From the IMG/VR virus record IMGVR_UViG_3300020374_000030, positions 1 to 27,093 of that record: 27,093 nt of DNA. One strand, given 5' to 3'. This DNA comes from a virus. Its lineage: Duplodnaviria > Caudoviricetes. The position numbers were made by a program, and so were the translations under genes. Positions 22,445 through 27,093 of this stretch are shown here, one piece after another. The notes under the pieces were generated by a model. The model did not search any database. It saw only the letters and a program-made list of their open reading frames with translations, and was not told where the DNA came from. Numbering within the stretch: the first letter of the stretch is position 1; each line of letters starts with the position of its first letter.

Positions 22445-25400
22445 ATTAGCAGGTAGGGAATGATTGTGATCCATACTACTACCAATACTTGCTCCACCTG
22501 TAGTTTTACCAACGTTAAAGGTTACTCTATCTTCAGGACTACCACTTTGGTTCTGCTCAGGACCTGAACTAGTTGGATGATTTGCACTACTGTATGAGTG
22601 AGTATGAGATAAATCCCTATTACCTGTATTTCCACCTATTGTGTGAGTGTGATTGTTTATTGTATGACTGTGCTCTACTAATGTAGCATTGGCAGATCCA
22701 CCTGTTGCACCTTGTGCATATGCAGATCCACGACCAACAATAAATCTGTCAACTAAGTTAGGTGTACCATTACTTCCATTACAGAGAGCCCAGTTTGATG
22801 GTACAGCGTTATCAGCACCTGACCACATTATAATACCACCGATAGGTATAGTTCCACCACCACCGCTACCACTAGTAGTAGTGTCATACCACACATCACC
22901 ATCACATACTGAAGTTCCAGTTGGTTCTGTGTTTTGAACATACTTTGCACCAAAAGCATTACTGTTATCAGGAATGTTGATAGTTTTTGTAGCTGATCCA
23001 GAAATTGTTATCGGTAAAGTACAAGGTGAAGTTCTTCCTGTGTAAGACACTGCCACATCTGTAACACCCGATGGAGCACCATTTATAGTGAGTTTAGTGG
23101 CATTATTTCTAGTGACAGTAACACTTCCACTACCAACAATCTCCACATCATCTTCTGAAGCATCACTCCCTGATAACCTTATCTTAGTAGTGGAACTGGG
23201 AACTGATAAAGCATAAATTGTATTATAACTAGATCCTGATCCACCTATAGTGAGTTTACCATCATTATCTCTGGTTACTGAAACTCCACTACTACCTGCT
23301 ATTTGAATTGAATCATCGGTTCCTGTAGAAGCATCTAAAAATAGGTATGGATCAGTGTCATTTCCAGTAGATCCACCATCAGAATCTTTTGTACATTTTA
23401 ATTGATAAGTTGTATTTGTATTAGTATCATCTGCAAATATAAGTGCATTACTACTCGAATTAACTTTTACAACTTTATTTGCCTGACCAGAAAAACCACC
23501 TGGTGTATCAGTTAAATCAAGAAAACTAACATCTAATCCTGTATTACCACTGACCTGACTCCAACTCCATCCTCCTGAACCATTAGCCTTAATATAATAA
23601 TTTGCTGTTCCAGTTCCATCACTACTATCTACAATTCCTCCTGGTTTCATTTGTGCAGCACTTAATCGGTTGCTTTCTGGATTAAATTGTAGATCATCGT
23701 CACCATATAAAGCTAAATTAGTTCCACTTGGATCTGAGGCAACAAATGTCAAATAATGTGTTGCATTAGTGTCTCTTTGTGTTACTAGTATATTTGCTGC
23801 ATTTGTAGCATTTGATATTGTACCACTAATAGTACCATCAAGTGTATCAGCATATATTGTTCCCCATCTATTAGATGATGATCCTAAATTTAATGATGAA
23901 TCAGTTACACTTGGAACAATACTCTTAGTCGGAGTAATTTGAGTTGCACTGAAATTAACTATTTCTTGATTGTTAGCCCATATTTCAAGTTGTCCATCAC
24001 CATCTTGTGCAATACCAGTGTCACTATCACCTATTGCTATGAAATGATCCACTTCAGTGAATATAGTTCCAGTTGTAGCTGCATCACAATTAAAACCAAT
24101 ATTTCCATTTTTATCAATTTTTAATCTGTCTGCCTGAGATATTGTATTTGATCCTGTGCGAACTAAAAATTCAGACCTTTGAATTTTTACGTGTTGAGTG
24201 AAACCTTGATTAGCAGCATTAAATCCACCTGTTAGATTATAATCACCAAATTCGATATACTCAGCAGTTGCTACAGCATCCTGATCATCAGAAACTGCGA
24301 TTCTTAGATATCCAGCATTATTAGCACCCAACCATTCAATATATGCATCATCAGTAGTAGCAGTTCCTGGTCCAAACTTAATACCACCATTAGTCTTAGA
24401 TAAATTTAATGATCCAATTGATGCATTATATCTGATAAAATCATTAGTCTTAATTGACTGATCAGCACCACTGGCATTTGAAAAAAGTATGAATCCATCT
24501 GTTTCAGTCGTATCATCTGCTAAATCAAGTAAGGAAGCTGAACCAGTAAGTTCAGCAGTGATATTGTCTGCAGTTATGTTGGTGAAGTATCCATGACTTA
24601 TCTTTGTGGTATTTGATCCTATGTTAATTGAACCACTCGGTAAAATACTTTTCTTTGGATCAACTCCAACAGTGCTGAAATTAACTATTTCTTGATTGTT
24701 AGCCCATATTTCAAATTCACCATCACCATCTTGTGCAATACCAGTATCACTATCACCGATAACCAAGAAATGATCCACAGTAGAGTATAATGATCCAGCT
24801 GTGGTTGATGTTGATGGAGTGGCATTTACTCCAATATTACCATTCTCATCGATGCGAAGTACTTCATTATCAGTTGTACCAAGACCACCACCATTATGAA
24901 TAACAAGTGTATTCGCTGCTGGAACTCTAAATCTTGGACCTCCATTATTAAATTCTAACTCTGGATTTGTGTTAGTAAATTGCATATCACCACTAAGACT
25001 CAACAAGCTACCATCAAAAGTTAAGTTTGCTTCACCTTTTATTGCACTTGCACTTGTTGCTGTGATAATTCGATTATTTGCACCATCTGTAATTGGTAAA
25101 CCACCAACAAAACTTGTTGCTCCAAGTGCACCTGTGTTAGAGTTAAATGTAAGATTACTACCACTCTTTGCTGCAAGGTCTCCAGTGGCAGCAGTGGCGA
25201 ACAGTGGGAAACATGATGTGTCTGTTGACTCATCAGCAACTGCAACTTTTGCTGCTACATCTGCGGTTCCTTGAAAAGCTCCATTAAATGTTTGTGCATA
25301 AACTGTTCTAAATCTATTACTTGCATCAATTCCTATATCATAAGTATCAGTGGCACCAGGTTTCAAATGACCATCGGCAGTGATGCGAAGTCTTTCTACT

Positions 25401-26614
25401 GGAGTATTAGATGTGGCAGATGTATAGAATGCCAAATCACCAATATTATTTGATCCTTTATCAATATGAATAATTGCACCACCAACATTAGCACCAGAGT
25501 CATTTGTAAAAGCAATACCATTTCCTTGATTGGTTGTTGATGGGTTACGAATTACAATTGCATAATCATTTGGGTCATCAGTATCACCAGCAGCATCTAT
25601 TCCAGATGCATCTATATCAAGTTTTCCTTTTAAAGCAGTTTGTTGGTCGGAATTCATCCCGATTCCCAATTTACCATTTGAGTCGATGCGAACTTTTTCA
25701 CCTAGTGAACCACCACTAGGGGTAGTTGCAAAAATTATATCAGCACCTGCAGAGCGATGTCTGATATTTAATTCATTTGTACGATATTGAATTTCTCCTA
25801 ACCTTGTACTCTTATCTGCTTCATAAAAATCTATTGCACTAATATCATCTGATGCTCTACCGAACAAAACAATATTCTGTGCAGAACTGTCAGCAGCAAC
25901 TTGCATAGGATGCGAAAGTGATGTTGATGTTAGTGCTGCTTGACCCGATTTTAGTAATCTACCATTTGAGTCGATGCGAAGTCTTTCAGTACCACCAGGT
26001 TTAAATACGAAATCATCACTTAATCCTGATGTAGTGAACATAACACCAGGATCTGAACCACCAAGTTGCACACTAAGTTCTCCAGAGTTACCAGAGGTTC
26101 TTTTAAGTGTGAGTAAATTTGTTTGTGCAGAATCTGCTATTTCTAATTTTCCTGTAGTAGGATTATCAGTTCCGATACCAACTTTTCTATCTTTATAAAC
26201 TAAATCTGTGCTATCAACCTCAACACCATCATAACCACTTGTTGCACTACCAAAATGAATATAATGTGTACCTGAACCTGTTGTATCATCAGTTATTTGA
26301 ACATTATTTGCATTCTCTATTGAAACACCAGTATCAATCGTTCCCTTAAATGTTCCATAATATTCTTCTGCGTCTACTCTTCCTTTATAACTAACCGTGA
26401 AAGTTGGTGACTGACCATTATTAAAAATTGTTAATCCTTTATTTGTCTCAGTAGCTTGGGTACTTGTTACACTTACTGCAATACCAGTAGGAACAGCATC
26501 ACTAAGAATCTCTAGATCATACCTTGGGGTAGTCCGACCAATACCTATTTTATCTGCATTTTCTACGACTCGACTATCATTAACAATAGTTGTGCCTGAT
26601 ATTTTAATTGCCAT
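22340..26614 (-). CDS. modular long tail fibre protein (1424 aa) with C-terminal collar and His-rich tip
   Basis: GIGT and ERLRI modules; two IGDSDTGIAQDGDG repeats (gp37/Stf-like); DGDVWYDT; collar WALCNGSNGTPNLVDRF; NLPPYYAIAYIMR. Confidence 0.85.
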   Translation of the reverse strand: MAIKISGTTIVNDSRVVENADKIGIGRTTPRYDLEILSDAVPTGIAVSVTSTQATETNKGLTIFNNGQSPTFTVSYKGRVDAEEYYGTFKGTIDTGVSIENANNVQITDDTTGSGTHYIHFGSATSGYDGVEVDSTDLVYKDRKVGIGTDNPTTGKLEIADSAQTNLLTLKRTSGNSGELSVQLGGSDPGVMFTTSGLSDDFVFKPGGTERLRIDSNGRLLKSGQAALTSTSLSHPMQVAADSSAQNIVLFGRASDDISAIDFYEADKSTRLGEIQYRTNELNIRHRSAGADIIFATTPSGGSLGEKVRIDSNGKLGIGMNSDQQTALKGKLDIDASGIDAAGDTDDPNDYAIVIRNPSTTNQGNGIAFTNDSGANVGGAIIHIDKGSNNIGDLAFYTSATSNTPVERLRITADGHLKPGATDTYDIGIDASNRFRTVYAQTFNGAFQGTADVAAKVAVADESTDTSCFPLFATAATGDLAAKSGSNLTFNSNTGALGATSFVGGLPITDGANNRIITATSASAIKGEANLTFDGSLLSLSGDMQFTNTNPELEFNNGGPRFRVPAANTLVIHNGGGLGTTDNEVLRIDENGNIGVNATPSTSTTAGSLYSTVDHFLVIGDSDTGIAQDGDGEFEIWANNQEIVNFSTVGVDPKKSILPSGSINIGSNTTKISHGYFTNITADNITAELTGSASLLDLADDTTETDGFILFSNASGADQSIKTNDFIRYNASIGSLNLSKTNGGIKFGPGTATTDDAYIEWLGANNAGYLRIAVSDDQDAVATAEYIEFGDYNLTGGFNAANQGFTQHVKIQRSEFLVRTGSNTISQADRLKIDKNGNIGFNCDAATTGTIFTEVDHFIAIGDSDTGIAQDGDGQLEIWANNQEIVNFSATQITPTKSIVPSVTDSSLNLGSSSNRWGTIYADTLDGTISGTISNATNAANILVTQRDTNATHYLTFVASDPSGTNLALYGDDDLQFNPESNRLSAAQMKPGGIVDSSDGTGTANYYIKANGSGGWSWSQVSGNTGLDVSFLDLTDTPGGFSGQANKVVKVNSSSNALIFADDTNTNTTYQLKCTKDSDGGSTGNDTDPYLFLDASTGTDDSIQIAGSSGVSVTRDNDGKLTIGGSGSSYNTIYALSVPSSTTKIRLSGSDASEDDVEIVGSGSVTVTRNNATKLTINGAPSGVTDVAVSYTGRTSPCTLPITISGSATKTINIPDNSNAFGAKYVQNTEPTGTSVCDGDVWYDTTTSGSGGGGTIPIGGIIMWSGADNAVPSNWALCNGSNGTPNLVDRFIVGRGSAYAQGATGGSANATLVEHSHTINNHTHTIGGNTGNRDLSHTHSYSSANHPTSSGPEQNQSGSPEDRVTFNVGKTTGGASIGSSMDHNHSLPANTGNPNDRGTNSQGSSATNANLPPYYAIAYIMRVS
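23949..24778. repeat. 104-bp internal direct repeat (23949-24052 and 24675-24778)
   Basis: Both copies encode VDHFxxIGDSDTGIAQDGDGxxEIWANNQEIVNFS with long exact DNA stretches. Confidence 0.9.
25672..25980. repeat. 21-bp exact repeat TACCATTTGAGTCGATGCGAA (25672-25692, 25960-25980); core GATGCGAA also at 24851 and 25382
   Basis: Direct reading; encodes the RIDSNG module boundary. Confidence 0.85.
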
Positions 26615-26648
26615 CTACCGTCTTCGTGTTTCCACTGGGTAATTTCTT

Positions 26649-27093
26649 TTATTTATCAATAAGACCTCTTAATTCATCAATTTGTTTTTGTTGATCTTTG
26701 ACAGTTTCAATTAGCAATCCAATTAGACCACTATAATTGACAGATTTGACATCATCTCCACTTACAATTTCTGGTAATATTTCTTCTACATTCTGAGCTA
26801 TGACACCCATAGATGGATCATTATCTTCTTTCCAATTAAATGTTACACCATCTATTTTTTTCACAGTTTCAATTGGATTCTGAATTTGTTTTACATTTGT
26901 CTTTAATTTTAAATCTGAAAGTGAATCAAAATGAGTGGCAGCGACTGTTCCAGTCACTCTCATTTTATAAGTAGTTTGATCATAATTACCACCAATGTTT
27001 ACTTCACCAGTTGATGTGATGCTTAATTTTTTATCAGTTATAATTCCAGTTCCACTTGGTACTCCACGACCTATACTAACACTTCCATCGTCT
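26649..27093 (-). CDS. 3' part of a tail fibre gene with peptidase-S74-type chaperone; extends beyond the window
   Basis: Frame is open from the window edge (DDGSVSIGRG...KKLSITSTGEVNIGG...); LSDLKLK, GVIAQNVE, VNYSGLIGLLIETVK. Confidence 0.85.
   Translation of the reverse strand, partial: DDGSVSIGRGVPSGTGIITDKKLSITSTGEVNIGGNYDQTTYKMRVTGTVAATHFDSLSDLKLKTNVKQIQNPIETVKKIDGVTFNWKEDNDPSMGVIAQNVEEILPEIVSGDDVKSVNYSGLIGLLIETVKDQQKQIDELRGLIDK
26650..26656 (-). promoter_or_regulatory. T4-type late promoter (ATAAATA) for the 1424-aa fibre
   Basis: GATAAATAAA overlapping the upstream stop codon. Confidence 0.6.

Noticed and set aside
21405-22860. Diversity-generating retroelement (template/variable repeat pair) at the fibre tips
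   Set aside because: No reverse transcriptase in the window; differences are not adenine-specific and both copies are coding
1008-26198. All plus-strand ORFs in the track, and nested minus-strand ORFs (3884, 6896, 7181, 7846, 11006, 22294, 25039)
   Set aside because: They overlap well-supported minus-strand genes antisense or out of frame, lack RBS or motifs, and look like shadow ORFs

Overview
AT-rich segment of a T4-like marine cyanophage (myovirus of the P-SSM2/Kyanoviridae kind, most likely infecting Prochlorococcus; inferred from gene content, not a database search). Every credible gene is on the minus strand. In transcription order (right to left) there are two blocks. (1) ~27093-9543 is a late tail-fibre/adhesin region with T4-type TAAATA late promoters. 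It holds a partial fibre with a peptidase-S74-type chaperone, a 1424-aa modular fibre ending in a tail-collar/His-rich tip, an 84-aa collapsed fibre, a stand-alone collar/tip protein, a 1887-aa virion protein, a 671-aa fibre, a polyglycine gp38-like adhesin and three different 2OG-Fe(II) oxygenases. A strong intrinsic terminator closes it at ~9508-9543. (2) ~9500-176 is an early/accessory region cut into small modules. Seven modules start with the same element: a 7-8-7 bp inverted repeat (GTGACAS-N8-STGTCAC) centred ~53 nt upstream of the inferred start, then TATAAT and a shared leader. The modules carry an SF2 helicase + PD-(D/E)xK nuclease + amino-methyltransferase operon (candidate phage restriction-modification system), a CP12-like protein, an ArdA-like DNA mimic behind a structured leader RNA with a 12-codon uORF, a ligase-like nucleotidyltransferase and many small acidic proteins. 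No tRNA, rRNA, CRISPR array, transposase or reverse transcriptase was seen.
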